Positions 40,750 through 51,821 of a stretch of DNA of 64,000 bases are shown one piece after another. The notes beneath the pieces were generated by a model, which was given only the letters and a program-made list of their open reading frames with translations, was not told the origin of the DNA and searched no databases. Made by a program: the position numbers and the translations under genes. Position 1 is the first letter of the stretch. Every line of letters starts with the position of its first letter. Source of the DNA: Octopus sinensis (Eukaryota); assembly GCF_006345805.1 (NCBI RefSeq), contig NC_043000.1, positions 132,432,001 through 132,496,000 on the forward strand, read 5' to 3'.

Positions 40750-41291
40750 CGAGGGTGAGTCAAAAAGTAATGCCATTATGTTTAGGACAGGTGTAATTAC
40801 CAACACCAGAACATGTATCATGCATCAAAATGAAGCTGGTCTTCTGTGGATTACATCCCTTCTTCTCAACATAGTCACCGTTTCTCTCAATAGCAATGTT
40901 CCACCTTCGAATGAGAGCATGAATCCCAGCCCGAAAAACTCTGTTGATGGTTCTTTGAGCCACTTCTTCACTACAGTTTTCACTTCCTCGTCACTGGAAT
41001 AATGTTTGCCTCTCAAACCCTCTTTCATGGAATCGGATAGATGATAAACGATAAAATGAAAACTGTAGTGAAGAAGTGGCTCAAAGAATCGTCAACAGAA
41101 TTTTACGTGGCAGGGATTCATGGCAGGGATTCGATGGTGGAGCATTGCTATTGAAAGAAACAGTGACTATGTTGTGAAGTAGGGATGTGATCCACAGATG
41201 ACCACCGTCATTTTGATGTATGACATATGTTCCTGTGTTGGTAATTATACCTGTCCTAAATAAAATGGCATTAATTTTTGACTCACCCTCG
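40750..41291. mobile_element. Non-autonomous mariner foldback made of two inverted transposase 3' ends
   Basis: TA|CGAGGGTGAGTCAAAAA...TTTTTGACTCACCCTCG|TA. Left arm (-) encodes YHLSDSMKEGLRGKHYSSDEEVKTVVKKWLKE..GIHALIRRWNIAIERNGDYVEK. Right arm (+) carries the same C-terminus. Confidence 0.92.
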
Positions 41292-41544
41292 TATGTAGGA
41301 CATTTAAGACCGCTCTAAAAATACAAAAACAAAGAAGTTCCAGTAAGGGAATCGAACCACGCATCTATCGCTTGTCGGTGTTGTCAATTACACCAAGTGG
41401 TTTCTGAAGTGTATAAATGAACGTCTTTTTACTGGATAAGCTTGAAAATCTAACTTCACTTCATATCAAAAAGAATCACAACCAATCTATCAGCTTTTTA
41501 ACTACCAACAAAAATACTATTCTCTCACACACACATACATACAT

Positions 41545-41742
41545 ACACATGGGACGGGCTTCCGCACTGCTTCTGCTTATCAAATTCTATCCACAAAAGA
41601 TTAATCAACTTGAGGTTATACTCTTTCACTCTTTTATTTGTTTCAGTCATTTGACTGCGGCCATGCTGGAGCACCACCTTTAGTAGAACAAATCGACCTC
41701 AGAACTTATTCTTTGTAAGCCTAATACATATTCTATCAGTCT
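41545..41742 (-). mobile_element. SINE family A fragments
   Basis: Two degenerate pieces; the second is the tail TTTGTTTCAGTCATTTGACTGCGGCCATGCTGGAGC. Confidence 0.75.
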
Positions 41743-41746
41743 AGAG

Positions 41747-41987
41747 CAGTGCTTTTCAAACTTTTTGCTGGAGCAGAACCCCATGGAAACATTCCACTGG
41801 CTCGAGGAACCCCTGTGCAATAATTTGATAGTCTTATGCACACATATCTGCACAGGAGAATTAAAAATTACTGCCGATTTTAGCAGTTTTGTAACTTCTT
41901 GCGGAACCCCTGGACTGTACTGGCGGAACCCCTGGACTGTACTGGCGGAACCCTAAGGTTCCGCGGAACCCTGGTTGAAAACCACTG
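41747..41987. mobile_element. hAT (Charlie-type) MITE, 241 bp
   Basis: TIRs CAGTGCTTTTCAA / TTGAAAACCACTG. Perfect 8-bp TSD GTCTAGAG (41739-41746, 41988-41995) fits the Charlie NTCTAGAN preference. Internal 21-bp tandem duplication. Confidence 0.93.
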
Positions 41988-42238
41988 GTCTAGAGGGTTA
42001 AAAACAGGAATTTACATAATACTTAAATGAGATCTTCAACTGATTGCTTTCGGTTTGTTAGCAAAAAGAAAATGAAGTGAATATATTCGAATGTATTCCT
42101 GTCTGTCTTTAAAACTCTGCATCTATATATTTGTTATTCTATTTCTCTTCCTCTCTCTTCCTAATTCATAATGAAAACAATTACTTGAATATAATATTAA
42201 TATATATTAATTGACTGTTGCTCTGTTGCTCCATACAG

Positions 42239-42279
42239 ATGACGCACGACATGCAGAAACGGACTGTCTACAAATGTAG
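42239..42279 (+). CDS. Candidate terminal coding micro-exon (copy 1), peptide xDARHAETDCLQM*
   Basis: TTGAC branch-like motif and TACAG acceptor, an open frame ending in CaaX plus TAG, AATAAA at 42425-42430, and a paralogous copy at 46967. No upstream exon identified. Confidence 0.4.
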
Positions 42280-42496
42280 AATATTAAATGTATAAATATA
42301 AAGCTCTGAATCACTTGTCTGTGATACTTTGTAAAACAAAGCAAGTGAAAAGGGAATATTTTTTTCATGCTTCAATTTCTTTTACAAAATTTGGATGTTC
42401 AATCACAAAGCTACTTATATAGAAAATAAAAATATACATGACTAGGTTTCCATTTGCACAGTGATGGTAGAATAGTTGTGTTGTAAGGTATACAGA

Positions 42497-42526
<30 letters not shown>

Positions 42527-42531
<5 letters not shown>

Positions 42532-42739
42532 ATAAATCCAAAATTTTATTTTGAAATTTATGGGAGCAACTGTCTTTGAAGACTCATATTGTTGCTGAAT
42601 GCTCGAAATGAAGATAGACAGCCGAAAACTGATGAAGGGTCCTGTTTTCCACTTTTTCTCTCGTTGTTTGCGTATCTAACTCGTTTGTTTTCGTACTTCA
42701 TACTGTTTACACAGTTGGTGACGCCTTGTAACCCTTATA

Positions 42740-42775
<36 letters not shown>

Positions 42776-43405
42776 CATACTATTTATATTATTTAATTGA
42801 ACGCCATGCATCCATTTCCAAGTAAGTTTATCTTAACCTTTTTGATGCGACTCTACTGTTTTATTCTCCCGTCCTCTCTAATTCCCTTTTCCTCCCCCTT
42901 CACCGTTTTCTATCTGTCGCTCACTCCCTCTTTCTCTTTTTCTCTCTCTCGCGTTGCTCACACGTGACCATCGTCCGTCTTTCTTTTCCTCACGTGGTCA
43001 TTCTTTTCTTGCACGACGTTCTATGAATTGGACGTTTTCTTTCTCTCTCTTCTATCTTTTCTCTTTTCAAAGAAAATATTTCTCCCAGCGTTCACTATTT
43101 TCCTCTCGTTCTTGTATAACGACCCTCCATGTTTGTTTTCGTTTGGTTTCCTTGTATGTCCCCACTGTCCTGTTCATGTTCCCAGCTTTGACCCCTCCAT
43201 AAATCCAAAATTTTATTTTGGAATTTATGGAAGCAACTGTCTTTGAAGACTATTACCGTTTAATGCTCGAAACGGGGAGTAGATAGACGGTCGTTCTCTA
43301 TGTTTATGTGTCCTGTTTTCTATTCTTTTTCTCTCGTCGTTTGCATATTTTTTAACTCATTTGTTTTCGTACTTCATGTTGTTTACACATTTGATGACGT
43401 CCTGT
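42527..43405 (+). mobile_element. Penelope-like terminal fragment with ~200-bp direct duplication
   Basis: CCATAAATCCAAAATTTTATTTTG..CAACTGTCTTTGAAGAC..ATGCTCGAAA at ~42530 and ~43197. Bounded by (TA)n arrays. The family assignment is inference. Confidence 0.45.
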
Positions 43406-43414
43406 ACCTATATA

Positions 43415-43499
<85 letters not shown>

Positions 43500-43504
43500 A
43501 TATG

Positions 43505-43561
<57 letters not shown>

Positions 43562-43616
43562 GTATATATATGTATATATGTATATATATCTGTATATATA
43601 TATGTATATATATATA

Positions 43617-43658
<42 letters not shown>

Positions 43659-43660
43659 AT
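43415..43660. repeat. (TA)n array
   Basis: Directly visible. Confidence 0.97.
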
Positions 43661-44269
43661 GTATTTATCATGATTTATTCCTACCAAAGCAACCTTGAAA
43701 TTTCTGAGCAATAAAAATGGTACAAAAAAAAAAAGAATACAAATTTGTGATCAATTAGTTGATCTCTTGATCAGTTTCTTGCGGAAAATTAAAGGATTTT
43801 TGAAAAGACTTTGAGGTCTTAATCAAAGCGATTAAATTACACAGCAAAACACCCATGAAACTGCGATGTGTAAACGGGCTTTACTGTGTGTGATTAAATA
43901 ATATCAAGATAGAGAAAGAAGCCAAGGGAAGCCGAACCGGAAAGGAATGCGAAACACGATGCCATACCTTTCAGTTAAATTAAGACTGTTTATCAAATTG
44001 AGGGAAAATGTTGATCGTGTTAATCCAACAGATGTCGCTAATGTAGCTTTAGTTTGGAAATCCAAATGACATTTAATTTCTTTTGCTTTTCTTGTTTGCT
44101 CCTAATTCGATTTCCTTATACCTCATCTTTACTTTTTCCATCTCCCTCCTCTTTCTGTGCCCCTGTACACACACGTGCGCGTGCACTCACACACACACTG
44201 CACACGCTCATACGCTTACATATTAGTAGTTGTTAATGTGCCTATATATGTATACACGAAAAGAAGGAA

Positions 44270-45885
44270 ATATGCAAAAGCTTAAGAATTTCAGTTGCAT
44301 CGTGACATACACGATAGGTACATAATTCTATGATGCGATAAAAAAAAACCCATGGTCCAAGGAATTGTTCTGTGCCACTAATCAAGTTATCAGACGGCAG
44401 GTCCTTATTGAAAGACATGTCAGAAATAGGGTCTTGGGAAACACTGCAACTTCTAACCAACTTAAACTAGTGAACTCATCAGTCAAGGAGAAATTTTGTA
44501 AAAACACCTATCATCCATCACTTTAACAAGCCAGTGACATTCGCTGGAGATTGTACCGCTGTCAGAACGAAATATAACAGAAAACTACCCGCAACGGAAA
44601 CTTTGCAGCAAAGACCTTAAAATAAAAGGATTATTTCTGTATAAGAGTGTTTCTTCCTTAAATCACAGACAAGTAAAATCTGTGGTATGTACATCAACAT
44701 TGATTCTTGATATTGGCCTCAAGTGACTCAACATTGGAAAGATGCTAACACTATCACCATCTGCAAAAACAGAGGAAGTAAACCTAATTCCTCTTGTAAC
44801 AGAGGCATGACACTTTTGTCCGTTGCTGAGAAAATCCTGGCCAAGGTGATGCTCAAAAGACTAGCTCAGTCACATTGCACAATAATTACAGTGCGGTTTC
44901 TGCAGTGATAGAGACACAATCGACAAGATCTTTGTTTCAAGTCGGTTTCAGGAGAAATACAGGGATCAAGACCTGCATATGTAGATCTAGAAAAGGCTTT
45001 CGCTATTGTAATCAAGGAATTTTTGTGGGATATTCTCAAAAAGTTTAGTTTTCTCGCTCAAATTTGTGAAAATCCAACATATTGCAATGATGGCGGTTGT
45101 TGTTGAAGGTTAGAAATCTAAGCGCTTTCATACATAAACGGAAGTCAAACAAGATTGTGGGATAGACTCTGTACTGTTAAATATTTTCCTCAACTGTATT
45201 TACAACACTGCTACACAGAAAGGGGTTGCGGTGGGGTGTGTGTGTAAAGTGTGTGAGTGGGGAACCGAGAATAAATACGAATTTTTTCAACATTAGAAGG
45301 ATGCAGGCCACTATTGTGCTCAGATTTTCAAGAAAATCATTGAGATAAAGTATGCTGATGATTGTGCATCAGCAGTTGCCCCTACACCCACTCTCGAAGA
45401 GCTACGGACCATTATCACTGCAGCTCTCGCAATTTATGCAAGAATGGGCCTGAGAGTTGAGAGGGTACGGTACATCGTTTGTCAGCGGTGTACTGTACTC
45501 TCTCTCCTCTCACTTTCTCAGTACAACATCAACACCCAGTACAATATCCAAATTTAGATACCCAGTATTATTTCCTACAATTGCACTCCAGGTGGCGAAA
45601 TTCAGAACTAACTCAGACGAATCTCTGCATCAGTTGTAAAGCGTAGAAAGAAAGCTATTCTCTTGCGGTCATCTCAACCACCATCACGAAGTTCTCATCT
45701 ACCAGACAGTTTGTGTTTCTGAGCTCTTTTGAAACTGTGAAACATGTAGCATATTCAAATGTTACACCAAGACCGTAGAGGCCTTTAACATCCAGATCTT
45801 TTCAGTCAATGCGCGAGATTACACATACCCAAACCCGCCACTGGACCAGTAATAACCGCATTGAATCCACAACACTGCGCAGCTG
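44270..45885 (+). pseudogene. Decayed RTE-clade LINE ORF (linker plus RT domain)
   Basis: Across frameshifts: NFYDAIKKTHGPRNCSV, QHWKDANTITICKNRG, RGMTLLSVAEKILAKVMLKRL, QCGFCSDRDTIDKIF, VDLEKAF, YADDCA (45351), KFRY. Confidence 0.9.
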
Positions 45886-46196
45886 TGGCAAAAGCTTGCT
45901 TCCCAACCACAAGGTTCCAGGTTGTATCCCACGGCGTGGCACCTTGGGCAAATGTCTTCTATAGCCTCGGGCCAGCCAAAGCCTTGTGAGTAAATTTGGT
46001 AGACGGAAACTTATCTATATATAGATCGCTAGCCACTACACATTCTATATTTTCTTTCCTTGTTTCTGTGTTCTTTTCTGTGGAAGAGCGTAGGCTCAAA
46101 ACGTTAAAGACTTTTTCACTTCCCGAACATTAAACTAAATACATCTGTTTGTTGTCTACACTACCTGTCTTCGTCTTTTTTTGTGTAAATTCTCCC

Positions 46197-46286
<90 letters not shown>

Positions 46287-46302
46287 GTATGTATGTATAT
46301 AT

Positions 46303-46351
<49 letters not shown>

Positions 46352-46565
46352 TACATACACACACACACACATATATATGTGGGTATCTTTTTGTTTGTGT
46401 TTGTCCCACCACCACTGCTTGACAACCGGCGTTGTTGTGTTTGTGTACCCGTAACTTAGGGGTTCGGCAAAAGAAACCAATAGAAAAAGTACCAAGTTTA
46501 AAAAAGAAGTCCTAGGGTCGATTCATTCGACTAAAAATTCAAGGTCGTGCTCCAGCATGAACGCG
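45885..46565 (+). mobile_element. SINE family A interrupted by a Penelope-like fragment and (TA)n
   Basis: 5' part runs to GACGGAAACT (~46011), foreign sequence occupies ~46020-46200, and the body resumes at ~46380. Confidence 0.85.
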
Positions 46566-46966
46566 GCCTAATGACAGACAAATGAAAGATAAATTATATA
46601 GTATGCTAGTTTGACTCTCGTCACTTCCGTAGGAAATTCTACGGTCAGCTGCGACCATAAGGATCAACGTCTGGATGGAAGACTAACGAAATTGTTCAGA
46701 GACCAATGAGAAACCAATTTGAGGAGGTATAACATTAGCACTTCAAAAAAAAAAGAGGTTGAAAATACAGAGGAGAAACGCTCTCAACACAACTAGGAAA
46801 AGCGAATGAAAAACTGCAACTTCCTCATCACCAGTCAAATATTTACAAGTTACGTCTATAATCGTTGACGTATATTAAGGATTGGGGTAAATGATCATCA
46901 AAAGATCCACGAGTGAAGAAAAAATATATATATTATCATTGACTGTTGCTCTATTGCAACGTACAG

Positions 46967-47007
46967 ATGACGCACGATATGCAGAAACGGACTGTTTACT
47001 AATGTAG
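46967..47007 (+). CDS. Candidate terminal coding micro-exon (copy 2), peptide xDARYAETDCLLM*
   Basis: Same acceptor context and frame as 42239. Cys, Met and stop are retained. Confidence 0.4.
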
Positions 47008-48059
47008 CATAAATATATACAATGTCTTACAAATCTCTGTACTGCTCATAGATTGGATTGGAAGAATCAGCGTTAGTTTCTCTTGCACTTTATTTGAAAG
47101 ACATAGTATTTCTAGGTTTTTGTGTAAATTTGTAGGTACGTAGCCTAATGTACATATGATGATAGCTAAAAATGAGAATTTATAGTCAGGGTAACAAGCT
47201 GTAAGTTCCAAATCAATTCATCATAAATGAAATTAATTAAAAACTGCAGTTTCTAGCAATTCAAGCGAATGACGGAGGCTTATTGGTCAGTAACGTATTA
47301 GAGTGTGTGCTGCCCGGTATAACTCTTGAGTTTGCTACCCTCATCACGGGCCCCAAGTCTATACACGTTTACAAAGCAGGCCCAAACGTATCACCTTCAT
47401 AAAAACATCGCCTCCTGATAGCTACGCTATTATCCTGAGTTAGTCAAGTCACTACTATTTTATTCTGCTACAAATCTCTCTTTCACGAGTTACATTATCT
47501 AACACATAATTTTATAGGTGTCACGGACCTCGAACTTACATACGGACAACTGAAGTAGCAACTACTCAAACCAATATGGTCGACACAACAGAAAATAAAT
47601 AGTCAATAAATTATTTCCTTCCCATTGCCAGAAATCCTACCCTAACCCTTCAACCGATGCGCTACTACAGATTATATTACACACGGCCATATGGAGGAGA
47701 AATTGCATCTTCTACCATACTAAGAAATTTCTGTGTTTTTATTATGAATATATTACTGAAACAGAGAGCGAATCTAGAATTGCTTCAAGCGAAGTTTGTG
47801 TTAAGGTTAAGGTGAATGTCAGATCTAAAGTTTGAGCTATTGACACCTATGGATGTGTTTATGACATTATACCCGTCACGAATCACTCATACTCTCTGAA
47901 TAGCTGACAGTCGTGATATTAAGGTTCTGAAACATACAACTGGGTCGTCTGTAATATAAAAATACTCCATACATAAATTCCTATATGTTCACAACCAATT
48001 ACAGTCTATATATATATAGCATACAGTATATGAGTGTGTATGTGTATGCATATATGAGT

Positions 48060-48103
<44 letters not shown>

Positions 48104-48224
48104 CTATATATTTATATATATACATAAATATATACGTAGATACCTTCATACATACATACATACATACATACATACATACATACATACATACATACACACA
48201 CACATACATACATAATCCTTTCCA

Positions 48225-48432
48225 CTGAAGGTACATGGCCTTGAAATCTTTGGAAAGGGGGCTTGTCGAATACATCGACCCCAGTGTTTCACTGGTACTT
48301 AGTTTATCGACCCCGAAAGGATGAAAGGCGAAGTCAACCTCGGCGGAATTTAAATTCAGAACGTAGCAACAGACGAAACACCGCTAAGCATTCTGTCCGA
48401 CACGCTAACGACTCTGCCGGCTCGCCGCCTTC
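48225..48432 (-). mobile_element. SINE family B
   Basis: Full head and body. Confidence 0.88.
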
Positions 48433-48460
48433 ACACACATATAAATAATAGTAATTAGGT

Positions 48461-48705
48461 TATTTACATTTGACGCATATTTGTCCTCATCTTGTTTGTT
48501 GTTAACACAACGTTTCAAATGATATACCCTCCAACCTTGGGGAAATTTCAAACCTGGGTTCTCATTCCTAAGGTATTTTTCCATGTTGTGTATATTTATT
48601 ATTATTATTTTATTATTATTATTATCAATCATTATTATCATCATTATTATTATCATTATTATTATATTATTATTATTATATTATTATTATATCATCTCAT
48701 TATTA

Positions 48706-48738
<33 letters not shown>

Positions 48739-49030
48739 TATTATTATTATTCCAGGCAATGACCTGAATAATAATAATAATAATAATAATAAGAATATAA
48801 TAATATAATAATAATAAAATAATAATAATATAATAGCAACAACAACATCGAAAAATACCTTAGGAATGAGAACCGAGGTTCGAAATTTCCCCAATACACC
48901 TGATGAAGGCTGAAAGGTATATCAGCCGAAACGTTGTGTTAACAACAAACAAGATGAGGACAAATATCCGTCAAATGTAAATAATGTAAATAAAATACAT
49001 ACTTCCTCATCTCTTAAATAAAGAACTGTA
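48461..49030. mobile_element. Inverted pair of Penelope-like terminal fragments around (ATT)n/(AAT)n
   Basis: 48461-48590 is the reverse complement of ~48845-48990 (GAAAAATACCTTAGGAATGAGAACC...GAAACGTTGTGTTAACAACAAACAAGATGAGGACAAATAT). Confidence 0.8.
48896..48939 (+). ncRNA. Minimal type I hammerhead ribozyme motif with palindromic stem III
   Basis: ACAC-CTGATGA-A-GGCTGA(AAGGTATA)TCAGCC-GAA-ACGT-T-GTGT: full core, extra A before stem II, self-complementary ACGU, GUU triplet. Confidence 0.7.
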
Positions 49031-49410
49031 TTAAAAGTAATTAGAGTTTTGACTCTGAACATGAAATAGGCATCAAACATTTGCAACTAACGATATACTA
49101 TGAATGAAATATTTTGTAACTAGTGGGATCTACAAATTAGAGTTCATATTCATAATCATGATGAGAGATATAACGTCAAAGACTTCAGTTACGTGGACGA
49201 CGGCAAATCATTTCTGAAACTACAATGAGAGCTGACCTCTTGGAAGAAAACACTCGCGCGCATAACATTTTCGTTAGATTATGTAACTTAAATGTGATTT
49301 CATGCTCTGTGATATAGTTAATAATCATTTGGCATTTAGAATATGCCCAGTATAGACCTGGGAATGCCATAGTTCAAATAAAGACTTAGTGCACGGTTAT
49401 GTAGATTATA

Positions 49411-49947
49411 TCATCATCATCATCATCATCATCATTATCATCATCATCATCATCATTATCATCATCATCACCATCGTTTAACGTCCGCTTTCCATGCTAG
49501 CATGCGTTGGACGATTTGACAGAGGTCTGGCGAACAAGATGGCTGCATCAGACTCGAATCTGATCTGGCAGAGTTTCTACAGATGGATGCCCTTCCTAAT
49601 GCCAACCACTCCGAGAGTGTACTGAGTGCTTTTACGTGCCACCGGCACGAGGGCCAGCCAGGCAGTACTGGCAATGGCCACGCTCAAATGGTGCTTTTTA
49701 TGTGTCACCTGCAAAGGAGCCAGTCCAGCAGCACTGGCAACGACCTCGCTCAAATGTTTTTTCATGTGCCACCAGCACAAGTGCCAGTAAGGCGACACAG
49801 GTAACGATCACGCTCGAATGGTGCTTTTTACGTGCCACCGGCACGGGAGGGCCAGTTTGTTGCTCTGACAACGATCACGCTCGATGGTACTCTTAGCGCT
49901 CCACTAGCACGGATGCCCGTCATCGGATTTGATTTCGATTTCGATTT
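49411..49947 (-). mobile_element. RTE-tailed SINE-like 3' fragment (family F) with (ATG)n tail and internal ~65-bp tandem repeat
   Basis: Minus strand reads GTTGGCATTAGGAAGGGCATCCATCTGTAGAAAC...GCATGGAAAGCGGACGTTAAACGATG(ATG)n. About 4-5 units of GTGCTTTTACGTGCCACCGGCAC at 49624-49915. Confidence 0.75.
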
Positions 49948-50109
49948 ATATATTTATTATTAGCTTGTTGATTAAATCTAACAAATGGACCTGTGAAACG
50001 GACGAGTTTTCCGTTGGATCTCTTAAATCCTTAAAAAATCCATTAAAATGTTTTAGCCCGAAGGCCGCGGCCATGCTGGGGCACCACCGCTAATAGTAAG
50101 ATAATTATT

Positions 50110-50325
50110 GGTTTCAAATTTTGGGACAAAACCAGAAATTTTAGGGGAGGGGTAAGCCGATTACATTAACTCAAGTGCTCAACTGGTATGCATTTTTATC
50201 GATGCTGAAAGGATGAAAGGTAAAGTCGACCTCGGTGGAATTTGAACTCAAAGCGTTAAGAAGGACGAAATGCCGCTAAGCATTTTGTCCAGCATGCTAA
50301 CGTTTCTGCCAACTTGCCACCTTAA
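50110..50325 (-). mobile_element. SINE family B, older copy
   Basis: Diverged full copy. Confidence 0.85.
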
Positions 50326-50703
50326 ATACTAAGATAACTATTAAATCAATTAGTTCTGGTGTCAAACAAAGAATTGATTCCAAGATCAGAATCATCCTTC
50401 GGACTTATGTTCTATAGCTATCGAGTTGGATTCTGAAAACTATCCATACACAAACAACATGTAGTGATGTTGATAATACAGAAAATGTTGGTTTTTGAGC
50501 TGTATACATTACTAGTTACATTTTTTTAGCGCTCCAATACTCCTGGACAATACTTTTACCAGAACGACCACGAAAAATTATTCACCAGAGAGTAACAGTT
50601 AAATACTGAAATTACTGAATAACAATAAGTAAAGATGCAAGTCAGAAGAAGCTGGGGGTTATCATCTGCGTCTGCAGAAATATTACAGTAGACGCAGATG
50701 ATA

Positions 50704-51128
50704 AGGCGGCGAGCTGGCAGAAACGTTAGCACGCCGAGCGAAATGCTTTGTGGTATTTCGTCAGCCACAGCGTTCTGTGTTCAAATTCCGCCGAGGTCGA
50801 CTTTACATTTCATCCTTTCGGGGTCGATTAAATAAGTACCAGTTATGCAATGGGGTCGATCTAATCGACTTAATCCGTTTGTCTGTCCTTGTTTGTCCCC
50901 TCTGTATGTTGCCCCATGTTGGTAGTAAAGAAATAGAAATAGGTATTTCGTCTGCCGTTACGTTCTCAGTTCAAATTCCGCCGAGGTCGAATTTGCCTTT
51001 CATCCTTTCGGGATCGATAAATTAAGTACCAGTTACGCACTGGGGGTCGATGTAATTGACTTAATCCCTTTGTCTGTCCTTGTTTGTCCACTTTATGTTT
51101 AGACTCTTGTGAGCAATAAAGAAATAAG
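50704..51128 (+). mobile_element. SINE family B dimer
   Basis: Head, body and tail, then a second body joined at GAAATA|GGTATTTCGTCTG. Confidence 0.92.
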
Positions 51129-51821
51129 AAATATTACAGTAGAATTCGTGAGTTTTGATCAGTTTGTATGTCAAGGAGAGAAGGGGTGTCAATTACTCTT
51201 GGTCTAAGAGAGGGAAAGAGAGGGTGAGGGCGAGGAAGAACATGTTTCTCATTTCCCTCTCTCTTTCTCTGTCTGTCGCTCTCTCTCTCTCTCTCTCTCT
51301 CTCCCTCTAATGTGTTGTCTTTGACTAAAACACATTAGATAATGTATTACTACGTATATTATCTCTAGGTAACAGATGGGATGGTTACAAATGGAATGCT
51401 TTTGATCATAGGATGTGATCAGAGACTATCAATCTCACACATACACACACACACACGTAGGCACGCACGCAAGGTACGTGCCCCCCTACACACACACGCA
51501 TCCACTCACGCATGCACACGCGCACACACACATATATGTACATATACACACAAATACACACACTTTAATACAACTTAAGTGAAAAATATATGGGTCCAAT
51601 GATTCCATGACGACACACTTGCCAAGAGTTTCTACACCAGAATTATTTCAACTGATCCCCTGCTAAAATGACCGACGTAGATATGATCGTAGAAGAGATG
51701 AGGTATCTCTGATGTGATGAGAGGTTGACGTTACCAGTTCAATTTAGGGAAAGATGTAGAACATTTGAAAGGTATTTTCACCCCAACGATGGTAACCTTA
51801 TTGAGTGGGGATATGTACATA

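Noticed and set aside
43237-43290. TTGAAGA...CGAAAC with CTGTCT/AGACGG pairing (also at 42570) as a hammerhead
   Set aside because: C3 is absent in both copies and there is no NUH triplet in the correct register. Kept only as Penelope-like context.
44242-44460. Minus-strand 72-aa ORF faintly resembling a transposase end
   Set aside because: The plus strand clearly encodes the RTE linker (NFYDAIKKTHGPRNCS), so this is antisense to the LINE.
49624-49915. CRISPR-like repeat array
   Set aside because: Units are contiguous diverged tandem repeats without unique spacers, inside a eukaryotic SINE, and no cas genes are present.
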